Source of the DNA: Klebsiella phage vB_KpM_FBKp34
Sequence record: MW394390.1
Length of the DNA stretch: 64,000 bases
Direction: 5' to 3' (one strand)
Shown here: piece by piece, positions 19,366 to 29,003 of the stretch
How positions within the stretch are numbered: position 1 is the stretch's first letter
How the letters are laid out: every line of letters starts with the position of its first letter
Notes under the pieces: generated by a model
Database searches by the model: none
Told to the model about the DNA's origin: nothing
Seen by the model: only the letters and a program-made list of their open reading frames with translations
Translations under genes and position numbers: made by a program

Positions 19366-19707
19366 TCATAATGTTACAGTTTCTGTTGAATCAAAGTAAA
19401 CTAATCTATATCTCTTATCAATACCAAAATTATCGTAATCTACTCTTCCCCATATAGCTACTAGGTCTATGGCATAAAGAGATCCGTTAGGCACACCATC
19501 CATATATTTATATGGCCTTAATAAATCAAATCCATTAGTTATTTTAAATGAAGCAGAAGGATCTTCACCTGTAATACCTATATATGCTTGCCAAGATTCA
19601 TCTCTATCAATCCATTTCAATCTTAGATCGTAAGTGTTACCTTCTAGCACAACAGTATAAGTGACATCAACATCTTCTCCACTTTTTAGATACCAAACTG
19701 ACATCAC
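19366..19707 (-). CDS. hypothetical tail or baseplate protein
   Basis: ORF in the structural operon. Confidence 0.35.
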   Translation of the reverse strand: MMSVWYLKSGEDVDVTYTVVLEGNTYDLRLKWIDRDESWQAYIGITGEDPSASFKITNGFDLLRPYKYMDGVPNGSLYAIDLVAIWGRVDYDNFGIDKRYRLVYFDSTETVTL

Positions 19708-19715
19708 ACCTCCAG

Positions 19716-20417
19716 CTAATTATTTGCTTCATTTCTTTTTATTGCTGCATCTCTTTCAGTTTTATATTTATCCTGTGCTGCAACAGCCGCTTCAGATTTT
19801 GCAGAACCACCACTATTAGTATTAGATGCCACACTCTTCTTAGTGCTTTTTGAAACATTTAAAGTGACCTGTTTAGCAAAAGCTAAACGAGTTTGTTCTA
19901 TAGCTATTTTAAAATTAATAGCTTCTTGTGCTTCTTGATCAAATTCTATACCAGTAATAATACAATTATCTATCTTTTGAAACTCACTGTATAAGGTGAA
20001 TAATGTTTTATTTTTAAAGAATTCTTCAAGATAGTCAACAGCAGCTTTAGTCCTTTGTGTACCCGTTCCATAAGTACTAAAATATTCTCCATCATGAGTT
20101 TCAAATGGAGTATTTGAAATAACACCCTCTAAGGTAAATTTATTATTTCTTATGGTAATGTGATCAGTAATATCTGAACCTTGAGACACAGGATACTTTG
20201 TTAAATCACCTTCCCACTTAGTATTGAACTTTGTTGTAACATCCAGTGCAATTATTTTTTGTTGATCACTTTGTGTTTTATCTCCTTGCTCATCAGTTTT
20301 TATATTACCACCTTCCTTGGCAGTAAACAGTCGAGAGGCAAGAAATAAATATGTTACAGTATTTCCCTCCTGAGAAGTACTCCCAGAGGTATTTGACACT
20401 GTAGATTTAGTTGCCAT
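19716..20417 (-). CDS. hypothetical tail protein downstream of the tape measure
   Basis: ORF in the structural operon. Confidence 0.35.
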   Translation of the reverse strand: MATKSTVSNTSGSTSQEGNTVTYLFLASRLFTAKEGGNIKTDEQGDKTQSDQQKIIALDVTTKFNTKWEGDLTKYPVSQGSDITDHITIRNNKFTLEGVISNTPFETHDGEYFSTYGTGTQRTKAAVDYLEEFFKNKTLFTLYSEFQKIDNCIITGIEFDQEAQEAINFKIAIEQTRLAFAKQVTLNVSKSTKKSVASNTNSGGSAKSEAAVAAQDKYKTERDAAIKRNEANN

Positions 20418-20421
20418 TTTA

Positions 20422-22365
20422 CTATTCCCCTAAAATACTTTGGTTAATTTGGAAGTTCTGATCATCAAATGCCCACTCAATTCTTTGGTCAGCACGTGCA
20501 TCAATCAGGTTGCCAAATTCTTCAGAAGGTTCTACTTGAACTACTACAGGCGCTGGTGTAATATTTAAATTATACTGTGGAAGATTAAATGGATTGTTAC
20601 CGCCAAAATTATTTTGATTAGCATACATAGCACTAGGTGCATTAGAACCACTTGAGAACCAGTTATCCCAAAGGTATGTTAACTGATCAGATAGACTCAT
20701 GGAAGTAGGATCAATGACAGCCAAAGGTAAATCACTTTGAGTGATACCTAAAGAAGCCTGGAAGTTCTTTCTCCAATCTAAGAGGCTGTTAATAGCCCCA
20801 CCAAGTTTAATAAATGAACCAGTTAAATCACCTGTGACTTTACCTAAAGCTTGAATAACAGGAACGAAACCTGACAATTCTTTTGAAAGATTGTTGCTAT
20901 TTATACCTGCATCTTTCAAGCCTTGAACAAACGCAGCACCAAATTGACCTTCCATAAAATCTGCTGTTTTACTAAAGGTTGCAGACATATCAGAAAGATC
21001 TTTCAAATTATCTCGTTGAACTTTGGTATAAAGCAAACCTGCGTCTGTTAGTTCATTAAGAGTTGCGACAACATTTTCACCATCTCTACCAACAGATTTA
21101 GCAATATAAGAGAAGTCATTTATTGCTTCTGCTAACGCAGTAAATTCAGAATCTGTAAGTTTTGCACTTTTACGTAAACCTTCAAGTAAGACTGCCAGTT
21201 CAACTGGGCCTTTTACGCTTCTTAGTGTTGCCAGTGCACCTTCACGGCTAAAACCACCACGTTCAGTCATGATCTTTAACCAGTCAGCCATTTCACCACC
21301 ACCACTAAAAGACCAATCCCCAGTTTTCTTATTTTGTTTCCATTCACCAAGGCTTAACTGACCAATTTTATCCTGCACGTCTTTAGAAATATCAGAAATT
21401 TTCTCGAAAGATAGATCGAATCCTGTTGATCTTAGGGCTGCAAGTTGCAAAGCTTGGGTTTCTTCAGGCATGATACCCATAGAACTAACACGACTTAACC
21501 CTCTAGATTGCAATACGGCGCTCTGGAGAGCCATGACAGCACGAGAGTAGCCCATGTAACCTAATGCACCTGCACCTATTAATCCAGCCCCTGCAATAGC
21601 ACCACCGAAGCCTAGACCACCTGATCCACCTTTTCTTAAGTCACCAATCCTCTCTCTGAGAGTCATATGCTCTTTTGAAAGATCTCTTGTGCTTCTTAAA
21701 AGTTGTCTTGTGCTTTCTCTGTATTGGTCTAGTTCTATTTTACCAGAACGGTATCTCCTGTTTAAATTTTCCAGTTCTCTTGAGAATTGTCTAGCTTCTT
21801 TAGCACCAAGATTTAATCTACTCACTTCAAAAGCTAATTGATTACTTCTTAAGCCAGATTTACTATCTCGTTTTTCTTGATTTCTTCTTGCAAGCAAAGC
21901 TTCTCTTGCGATCCTTTCACGAATTTTATCTACGTTTTTTTGCTGATCAAGCATATCCCTAGTATATCTTGCCATTTCAGCATTTTGTCTTTTTACCCTT
22001 TCGTTATCTTCTGCAAAAGCTTTTTTAAAAACGTTAGCACTATCTCTTGCAGATTTCCCAGGTGTCTTATTTACACCAAGTATTTTATTATATGAGTTTT
22101 GAACATTTTTTGCCGCTTGTTTACTTCTAAGCTTTGCAACATCTTCCATAGCTTTTATATGAGCATCCATAACTTGGGTTGCTGTTTTTTTAGCATTTCT
22201 TACGGTTGCTCTCGCAGCTACAGGAGATGCTATGGCATTAGAAGCAGTTTTAGAAAACTCTTGTTGAAGCTTTTTCATGTCATTTCTGACAGCTTTCAAA
22301 CTCTTGGTGTCTGTTTTATAGACAATCCTGTTGACAAGTGTTGCGGCTTCTACCTTAGTAGCCAT
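20422..22365 (-). CDS. tail tape measure protein
   Basis: 647 aa, strongly alpha-helical and charged, with a glycine-rich central segment. Lies downstream of the chaperone pair. Confidence 0.7.
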   Translation of the reverse strand: MATKVEAATLVNRIVYKTDTKSLKAVRNDMKKLQQEFSKTASNAIASPVAARATVRNAKKTATQVMDAHIKAMEDVAKLRSKQAAKNVQNSYNKILGVNKTPGKSARDSANVFKKAFAEDNERVKRQNAEMARYTRDMLDQQKNVDKIRERIAREALLARRNQEKRDSKSGLRSNQLAFEVSRLNLGAKEARQFSRELENLNRRYRSGKIELDQYRESTRQLLRSTRDLSKEHMTLRERIGDLRKGGSGGLGFGGAIAGAGLIGAGALGYMGYSRAVMALQSAVLQSRGLSRVSSMGIMPEETQALQLAALRSTGFDLSFEKISDISKDVQDKIGQLSLGEWKQNKKTGDWSFSGGGEMADWLKIMTERGGFSREGALATLRSVKGPVELAVLLEGLRKSAKLTDSEFTALAEAINDFSYIAKSVGRDGENVVATLNELTDAGLLYTKVQRDNLKDLSDMSATFSKTADFMEGQFGAAFVQGLKDAGINSNNLSKELSGFVPVIQALGKVTGDLTGSFIKLGGAINSLLDWRKNFQASLGITQSDLPLAVIDPTSMSLSDQLTYLWDNWFSSGSNAPSAMYANQNNFGGNNPFNLPQYNLNITPAPVVVQVEPSEEFGNLIDARADQRIEWAFDDQNFQINQSILGE

Positions 22366-22376
22366 AATAACTCCTG

Positions 22377-22598
22377 TTATATTTTAGGTTTATTTTTCTC
22401 AGAAAGTCTTTTAACCTCAATATCTCTATATTCAAGATCTCTTATATACTCTTTAAGTGCAATTGCTTCATGAAGTTGTAAGAAATAGTCAATACCATAT
22501 TGATCTAAAGAGTATCTCGTTTCTGATGTCTCTGATACTACTTTAAAAAACATATAATCATACCAAGTTAAAGACGAACTTTTCCTAGCAACATCCAT
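22377..22598 (-). CDS. tail assembly chaperone frameshift extension (E'/T-like)
   Basis: In the -1 frame relative to 22619..23134. That -1 frame stays open across the upstream gene's last ~35 codons. Confidence 0.5.
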   Translation of the reverse strand: MDVARKSSSLTWYDYMFFKVVSETSETRYSLDQYGIDYFLQLHEAIALKEYIRDLEYRDIEVKRLSEKNKPKI

Positions 22599-22618
22599 AG
22601 CTCTTTTGATGCTAGGGT

Positions 22619-23134
22619 TTACTCGGCTTTGCTCAGACCCACCACTGGAATGATCGAGCGAATAAGTTTTCCGAAACCTGTCTTGAAAAAAGGGGAGTAG
22701 TTTATCTCAACAACTTTAGCCATTAGTTGTAAAATAACCTCGTTTTTACCCATGAAAAGAGTATCGAAGTTTTCAAGAACACTTGTATTCTCATAATAAA
22801 CTTCATCTAACAACAGAGCAATGAATTGAAGAAGATCATCTTCATCCATTGTATTAAATAGCTGTAACAGAGCAGCAGGAAGGGCTTCAGAAAAGCTAGC
22901 TTCTCCTGGCTTTGTATCGACCATCATAGAAACAGGTACAGCAAAATACTTACCGATTTTAGAAATTCTTGAAAAAGTTTTAGTTGGACTCCAGTGGATA
23001 ATCCTGAAATTCATTTTTTCACCGCTAATACACTCAGCAGTAAACGTTGTCTCTGGTGCAGCTAATCTTTTCATTGTAGATTGCTGTTGCATACCTTGAA
23101 TACTTTGCATATTATCTCCATAAAAATAAAGCAC
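22619..23134 (-). CDS. tail assembly chaperone (E/G-like)
   Basis: Lies between the tube and tape-measure genes. Contains the slippery heptamer U UUU UUC at 22685-22691. Confidence 0.55.
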   Translation of the reverse strand: MLYFYGDNMQSIQGMQQQSTMKRLAAPETTFTAECISGEKMNFRIIHWSPTKTFSRISKIGKYFAVPVSMMVDTKPGEASFSEALPAALLQLFNTMDEDDLLQFIALLLDEVYYENTSVLENFDTLFMGKNEVILQLMAKVVEINYSPFFKTGFGKLIRSIIPVVGLSKAE

Positions 23135-23150
23135 GACATTGTGCCGTGCT
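23115..23150 (-). terminator. hairpin plus U-run after the tail tube gene (attenuator or terminator)
   Basis: AAAGCACGaCAttgTGcCGTGCTTTTATT. Confidence 0.4.
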
Positions 23151-23186
23151 TTTATTATAACATAAATATTTTTATTTTAAAACAAC

Positions 23187-23666
23187 TTAAACAGTAATAC
23201 CTTGGATAGAGTTCAGAGAAATTGCAGTAGTTCCTCTTACAAGACTACAATCTTTAAGTCCAATCACCCAATCTACAGAAGTAACTTCTGAACCGATTGT
23301 ATTTTCACCTTGACTTTGAATCCAGCCAATTGTATTAATAATAAAACCACGGGGGTCTTCCATATACACAGGGAAAGCAACTTCTCTTGTTAAATACATC
23401 TGCTCATGATACGCTGTAATAACATCATTAGCACTAGACGTTGCTTGCAGTGATAGAGTAAGAGTTCCTAGTTTATTTCTTTGCAGTGCAAGAGATACGT
23501 CACCATCTGTCCCTGAATAAGGAACAATGATATCACTGGTCTTAGTAATAGTGATTTTAGTATCTGTAGCAAAACCATAAGGTGCCCAACCACCCAGAAG
23601 TAACGTAACTTCTGAAGGATCGTAGGCCATTAGACCTGTTAGCATTTGATCCATTATATTCTCCAA
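23187..23666 (-). CDS. tail tube protein
   Basis: 159 aa directly downstream of the sheath gene. Confidence 0.6.
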   Translation of the reverse strand: MENIMDQMLTGLMAYDPSEVTLLLGGWAPYGFATDTKITITKTSDIIVPYSGTDGDVSLALQRNKLGTLTLSLQATSSANDVITAYHEQMYLTREVAFPVYMEDPRGFIINTIGWIQSQGENTIGSEVTSVDWVIGLKDCSLVRGTTAISLNSIQGITV

Positions 23667-23696
23667 TAATATGGGGAGCTTTACTCCCCTTTATAA

Positions 23697-25064
23697 TTAA
23701 CGGTCAACCAGAACGTTTACCTGAACTTTGATGTAGTGAATGAAACCAGCATAAACATATTCAACCACAACACCATTCAGAACACGTTGTGCAATGTCAT
23801 TCGTAGGAATATCTGCTCTATTAGGAACATAGACAGTAGGTCTTAAATCTTCTCTCATACCTGTTTCAGTAGAGACGTTGATTTCATTCGCAATAGATCC
23901 ATTTAAAATACCCTGATTAAGAGGATTATCCCAAATAGCTTGACGAACTTGACCCAGACCTACAGAAGTAAATCTTACTCCAGATAACAGATCAGAACGA
24001 CGTTTAAGCAGTGCAAACAGGCTTTCAGCTACACGAGCTTTAACCCACAATGCATGGTGAATTGTATCACAGAAGTTACCATCGACCATTCTACCATCAC
24101 GATAGAAGTTCTGTCCATATTCACGACGATAGATGTTACCATTCTGAGCTACGATATTTGTTTCTTGTGTAGTTGTTAGTTTCTGTACTGCAAGACCAAT
24201 TAGGGTTTTACCATGTAGGGTAGTAGTACCAGGATCAGCAGCAGCAATAGCACCTACAACAGCAGCTTCTGGGAATGTAGTGTCTGCATCAGTACGCCAC
24301 ATTGCAAAACCAGTATTACGATAACCTGAGAGCATCAGTTCTTGAAGAATGTTGCCATCTTCTGCGTTGACTACAGCGGTATCTTGTGAACTTGTCCAAT
24401 AAATCTTATCATGCTCTTGGGCATAGCCTGCAAGATTCATAACATCTGCTGGTACATGACTATCAGAAACCATCCAGAACCAAGTATTATTCACGTCTGC
24501 AACAGCAGTAATATCTTCCAGAATATCTGAACTTACATTACGTACCTGAACTAAATTAGTCCCTACAGATACATCTAATGCTTCACCTTCTACAGGGGTA
24601 AGTACCAGACTGTTTCCAGTTACAGATGCTGTTACTCTGGTATTCCATGTAGTATCTGCACTAATTAAAGTTTGCAGTCCAGTTGCAATTTCTGTTACTG
24701 TTGGTGAAGAAGTCGCCACAAACTGGAATGCTTTAGATACTGAGCCATGTTTTAAAGTAACTGTGTAAATAGCATTTGCTACAGCAGTTGGAGTGATAGT
24801 ATAATTTTCTAGTTGTCTACGTCCGATGACGATCTGATCTGGAGCACCAACACCCTGGAACATTAAAGATGCCATTTGGTATGTTGGGGAGTCACTAGCA
24901 AAACCTGCTTGAAGCATTGCATCAGTTGAAGTATAAACATCAACAGTATTTTCAGTGACATTGTGTGCTGCCAGGATCAGTGCAATATCGAATACAGCAG
25001 TTTCAATTACTGCTGAACCGAAGACTAGTGTTACGTCAATAACTTTATCAATTAAAGTTGCCAT
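23697..25064 (-). CDS. contractile tail sheath protein
   Basis: 455 aa in the myovirus order sheath-tube-chaperones-tape measure. Confidence 0.65.
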   Translation of the reverse strand: MATLIDKVIDVTLVFGSAVIETAVFDIALILAAHNVTENTVDVYTSTDAMLQAGFASDSPTYQMASLMFQGVGAPDQIVIGRRQLENYTITPTAVANAIYTVTLKHGSVSKAFQFVATSSPTVTEIATGLQTLISADTTWNTRVTASVTGNSLVLTPVEGEALDVSVGTNLVQVRNVSSDILEDITAVADVNNTWFWMVSDSHVPADVMNLAGYAQEHDKIYWTSSQDTAVVNAEDGNILQELMLSGYRNTGFAMWRTDADTTFPEAAVVGAIAAADPGTTTLHGKTLIGLAVQKLTTTQETNIVAQNGNIYRREYGQNFYRDGRMVDGNFCDTIHHALWVKARVAESLFALLKRRSDLLSGVRFTSVGLGQVRQAIWDNPLNQGILNGSIANEINVSTETGMREDLRPTVYVPNRADIPTNDIAQRVLNGVVVEYVYAGFIHYIKVQVNVLVDR

Positions 25065-25081
25065 TACAATAGATCCCCTTT

Positions 25082-25657
25082 TTAAGTTGTAAGGAAAGTG
25101 ACATTTATGCCTTGAATAACGGGGTTAACATCTCCCTCGTATTTATTTGTATATATTGACCCTGTTATAGTTTCAACTAAATTAGGGGCATTAGTATCAA
25201 GTGAAGAGATTCTTGCATTGAATGTTACAAGCATTCTTGCTCTTTTTTCTGTTTCAATTCCATCAAAGACAGTGTTAGCAGGTGTGGCATTAGAAACATC
25301 TAATAAACCAATCCCTTTAGAGTAAAGATGTTGATATCTTAATTCTTGAAAACCTCTAAAAGCTTGTATTAGTAGTGCAAGTGTTGCCATAGGTCTTCCA
25401 AATCTTGCTACTAATTCTACAGTAAAGGTTAAATCTGTTTTAGCTATATATCTACCATCTTCATTGATTTCATTAGTATTACCCCATCCATTTGAGTCGT
25501 CATATGATAAAATATGGACACCCACAGATGGTACTGTTTCATCAGGCCATGGTTGATCTATCAGAAATAAACTTAAACCAGTTACTTCTTGAATGAAGGC
25601 TCCTATGTTCTCAAGCAGATAGTCTTCGACTAATTCCATTTTATCTGCATTAACCAT
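25082..25657 (-). CDS. hypothetical structural protein (tail completion or terminator?)
   Basis: Start moved to MVNADKM, which has a GGAGG SD. ATGGTTAA overlap with the upstream gene. Confidence 0.4.
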   Translation of the reverse strand: MVNADKMELVEDYLLENIGAFIQEVTGLSLFLIDQPWPDETVPSVGVHILSYDDSNGWGNTNEINEDGRYIAKTDLTFTVELVARFGRPMATLALLIQAFRGFQELRYQHLYSKGIGLLDVSNATPANTVFDGIETEKRARMLVTFNARISSLDTNAPNLVETITGSIYTNKYEGDVNPVIQGINVTFLTT

Positions 25658-26069
25658 AGTTTCCTCCAGTTGTATTTGAAGAGTCCATTGAGTTATTAAT
25701 TTCTTCTCGAACTGCTGCACAATGGTAGTGTGATAGATAAGATGTTCTGGTCCAATCTTTGAAATTATATATAGAGAACCACTCCCCATTAATTTGTATT
25801 TGATCAGCTAATTGGTTAGTATTCTGTTCTAAACCTTTCATTTCTGTTTTACACCAGAACTGATAAACAGCTTTTGATCTATAACCTTCTGGTAGAGCTT
25901 GAAGAGTTCTTCCATCTATTGGTTGCAAACTACAATCTTCGATGGTAAAATCTGTGTAATTAACTGTAGCGTAGGAATTTTTAAAGACGCTTTGGGTTGA
26001 TTTAACATATTCTCTATGTCTTCCTTGATAATTTTTTAATTCTATGAGTGTTAATTGTTCTAATAACAC
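25650..26069 (-). CDS. hypothetical structural protein
   Basis: ORF. Confidence 0.4.
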   Translation of the reverse strand: MLLEQLTLIELKNYQGRHREYVKSTQSVFKNSYATVNYTDFTIEDCSLQPIDGRTLQALPEGYRSKAVYQFWCKTEMKGLEQNTNQLADQIQINGEWFSIYNFKDWTRTSYLSHYHCAAVREEINNSMDSSNTTGGNYG

Positions 26070-26114
26070 AAAACCTCCTCTACACTTAATTTTAGCACGA
26101 AAATAGTATAATAA

Positions 26115-26600
26115 TCAAGACTTCTCATTAATCTTATATTCTGCGCTATTAAGTAATTCAGAAGTTTCTACAAGAATTGTGGAACTTCCTTTTTTCGCAA
26201 CAGTCGATGGTGCTAATGGAGTAAATCTTTGAGACATAATACTTCTTTGTATTGTTCTTACACCAGTCACACCTACTGGCTTGAATGAAGAATTAGCATC
26301 TTTCCTTTTGAAGAGATAATCTATCATTCCCTTTCTCATTGCAGAAATATCTTTATCATTTAATAGTTTTACACTATAAAAAACAAAAGGTCTTGCTGGA
26401 ATATTTCTTTTAACACTACCATATTCTTGAATAAGGGCTAAAGAACCAATAGGTAAACCAGAAGCATCATGCGTTTTGTCATCATAATAACCGTACTCTA
26501 CAGATACTTGATCTAACCTATAAGTTCTTTCTTCAAGTTGGTCAAAAAAAGATGTATCCCATTTACTGTCAATTTTCAAAGACATTATCTTCTTCTCCAA
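26115..26600 (-). CDS. hypothetical structural protein
   Basis: ORF. Confidence 0.4.
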   Translation of the reverse strand: MEKKIMSLKIDSKWDTSFFDQLEERTYRLDQVSVEYGYYDDKTHDASGLPIGSLALIQEYGSVKRNIPARPFVFYSVKLLNDKDISAMRKGMIDYLFKRKDANSSFKPVGVTGVRTIQRSIMSQRFTPLAPSTVAKKGSSTILVETSELLNSAEYKINEKS

Positions 26601-27091
26601 GGATTATATGGATCTACAAAAGTCCCTCTTGGTCTCCTGTTATCTACTCCAAAACCCCACAGACCATTAACACTATTAGGATCACATTTAACCCTATCGA
26701 CCTCGCATCTTTCAACACCACCGATAATTACACCTTTAGCGATTGGTCTTGTTGTTCCAGGTATCCATAAATCTCCATTCAGATATCCATCCAGTATTTT
26801 CTGCCATTTAGAAACATAATCAGCAGTATAACCAACTTCAACTTCAACCTGTCCAACCTTTTCCCTTCGTGTAGAACCAGCAGTTCCACCACTACCATTT
26901 GGATCTGTATAAATAAGATAATATAAACAATCTATGGTGGCATTATAAAGAACAACAGGTTCTTGTCTTGGATCAGGGTATATTGCAGTCCATTTATCAA
27001 TATTTGCTGCAATAATTTCATCTGGCAATTCTTGTTCTGTCGGATAAAAGCAATATGACCTAACTTTAAGAATTTGTTCTGGAGTAGCCAT
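26585..27091 (-). CDS. hypothetical head-tail joining protein
   Basis: Position. Confidence 0.35.
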   Translation of the reverse strand: MATPEQILKVRSYCFYPTEQELPDEIIAANIDKWTAIYPDPRQEPVVLYNATIDCLYYLIYTDPNGSGGTAGSTRREKVGQVEVEVGYTADYVSKWQKILDGYLNGDLWIPGTTRPIAKGVIIGGVERCEVDRVKCDPNSVNGLWGFGVDNRRPRGTFVDPYNPWRRR

Positions 27092-27093
27092 AA

Positions 27094-27504
27094 TTACCCC
27101 TCAGTTTTAAGGAGATTAATGATTTCTTCTTTTTTCAGGGTTGGTTTTACTTCAAGACCTTTTTCAAGAGCCATGGCAAGCAGTTCAGCTTTAGTTTTTT
27201 CTTCAAGAGTACTTTTAGCTAATTCTTTTTCTACTTGATCAAGATAGCCATCTTCAAAGGTTACAAGATATCCGAAATTAGCTTCAATGCAACCAGACGG
27301 AATAAGCTTAACACCAAATGTTTCTTTGATTAGCTCACAAAGGTGTGTAAAATTACATCCACCGATAATGCCTTTAGATTTACTAAACATTGCATAATTA
27401 GGGGTTTGCTTATTTAATTCAACGTCACTGTTAATTTTATTTAAAAAGATTAAAAACTCACTAAAGTTCCAAAAACTTTTCTGATTTTCTTTTGTTACAA
27501 ACAT
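27094..27504 (-). CDS. hypothetical protein with a Rho_N/SAP-like C-terminal helix-hairpin
   Basis: KTKAELLAMALEKGLEV...EEIINLL. Confidence 0.35.
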   Translation of the reverse strand: MFVTKENQKSFWNFSEFLIFLNKINSDVELNKQTPNYAMFSKSKGIIGGCNFTHLCELIKETFGVKLIPSGCIEANFGYLVTFEDGYLDQVEKELAKSTLEEKTKAELLAMALEKGLEVKPTLKKEEIINLLKTEG

Positions 27505-27570
27505 CGGTTCCTCCGATATAAATAAAGGGAGATAGCTCTCACTATCTCCCTTTAGATAAGGACGCTATAC

Positions 27571-28569
27571 TTAGGACATTGTGCTACGTACAACCAGTTC
27601 AGGACGAGTGTTCACAGCCAGCAGAGAGAACTCTGTTTCAATGTGAGCAGTACGATGATCCTGAATCATGTACATATAGAAGTCTTGAGCAACTTCGTTG
27701 GCATCAGAAATAGCATCAGCAGGAGCATAGAACGCCTGGAACATATTCGGAATACCACGTGGGAAGAAGTAAGCTTCATTAGTCGGGATAGTTCCATACG
27801 GATCTTCTACATAAAGAACACCGTTGAAGAACCAAGAACGAGCATCAGAGTTACCACCAATACGATCACGCAGAGGAGACTGACCAGCAATACCATTATA
27901 AGCTGCACGAGTAAACGAGTTGCTTACAAGAGCCTGGAAATACTGACGACCACACAGTGCAACAATATCAGTAACAGCAGTACCAGTACCTTTGTTGTCG
28001 ATAATGAAACCACGAATTTCACTTTCAATAGTGTCAGTAGGGTTAACAGTAGTAGAACTGAAAGCTACATCAACAACTTCCTGGGTTACACCCCAAGTCT
28101 GGTAGTAGTCATAGTGCTCGTTAGCGTTTGCAGCAGTAACACCTGCATAGCTACGACCCATAACAGCTTCAGTAAAGATACGCTCTTTAGTGACAGACTC
28201 TGCATTACGAATCTGATTCAGCTTACGAGTAACAGCTTGCTGTACTGTAGCAGGAGTATCTTCACCAAGATCCAGAAGATTTGTAAAGTTCTGTACATCT
28301 ACAGCTTTAATGTTAGCATCAACTGGGAAGAATGGTACAATGAAGGCCACTTCTGAAGGTTGATTACCAGTGATCCAGTTACGTTCACCTTGACGTTGAC
28401 GAGCTTCAATCAGAACTTGTTCATCAACAATACGCTGTGCACGTACAGTGGTAGAACGGTCATAATTGATGTCGAACAGATCAAGAGATTCAACAACACC
28501 CGGAGTACGAGTGGTAATCTCAATCAGTGGAGACAGATCATAAAACTGGTTAGTTAAAAAATTAGGCAT
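27571..28569 (-). CDS. major capsid protein
   Basis: 332 aa after the scaffold and decoration genes. A strong SD and upstream hairpins suggest high expression. Confidence 0.6.
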   Translation of the reverse strand: MPNFLTNQFYDLSPLIEITTRTPGVVESLDLFDINYDRSTTVRAQRIVDEQVLIEARQRQGERNWITGNQPSEVAFIVPFFPVDANIKAVDVQNFTNLLDLGEDTPATVQQAVTRKLNQIRNAESVTKERIFTEAVMGRSYAGVTAANANEHYDYYQTWGVTQEVVDVAFSSTTVNPTDTIESEIRGFIIDNKGTGTAVTDIVALCGRQYFQALVSNSFTRAAYNGIAGQSPLRDRIGGNSDARSWFFNGVLYVEDPYGTIPTNEAYFFPRGIPNMFQAFYAPADAISDANEVAQDFYMYMIQDHRTAHIETEFSLLAVNTRPELVVRSTMS

Positions 28570-28586
28570 TTAGATATTCTCCTTTA

Positions 28587-28988
28587 TTAAGTAGTAGGCA
28601 GAAGGACTTTATCAGTCAGTTTCAGACCTTTCGCTTCCAGTGCGATTACACCTGCGTCATCAATGGCAGAACCATCAGAGTAGACAACACGGTAACGATT
28701 CAGAGTTGCATCTTGTTTAGCAACAACAGCACGGAATGAAGTACCTACTGGGATAGCATCTAGACCAAATGGCTGGTCAGCCCATACGAATACGGTGTCT
28801 GCATCAGCAGCGGCAGCAGCTTCTGTCAGGTCATCGGCAATAACGGAACCAAACTGAAGAGTCGCAGTCATTGTCAGGCTAACCTCACGGAAAGCGTGAC
28901 CAATGTCACTACCCATTACATAACCCAGAACTAGATCTGAGTAGTAAGGCATACGGCGGTCAGTTGGCACATAAGCTTGTTTTGGCAT
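28587..28988 (-). CDS. putative head decoration protein
   Basis: Position between the scaffold and capsid genes. Confidence 0.35.
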   Translation of the reverse strand: MPKQAYVPTDRRMPYYSDLVLGYVMGSDIGHAFREVSLTMTATLQFGSVIADDLTEAAAAADADTVFVWADQPFGLDAIPVGTSFRAVVAKQDATLNRYRVVYSDGSAIDDAGVIALEAKGLKLTDKVLLPTT

Positions 28989-29003
28989 TGTTTACCTTCC
29001 TTA

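Noticed and set aside
27643-28557. Plus-strand ORFs 27643..28356 and 28360..28557 antisense to the major capsid gene
   Set aside because: Low-complexity Ser/Thr/Asn-rich translations, antisense to a gene placed confidently, with no SD.
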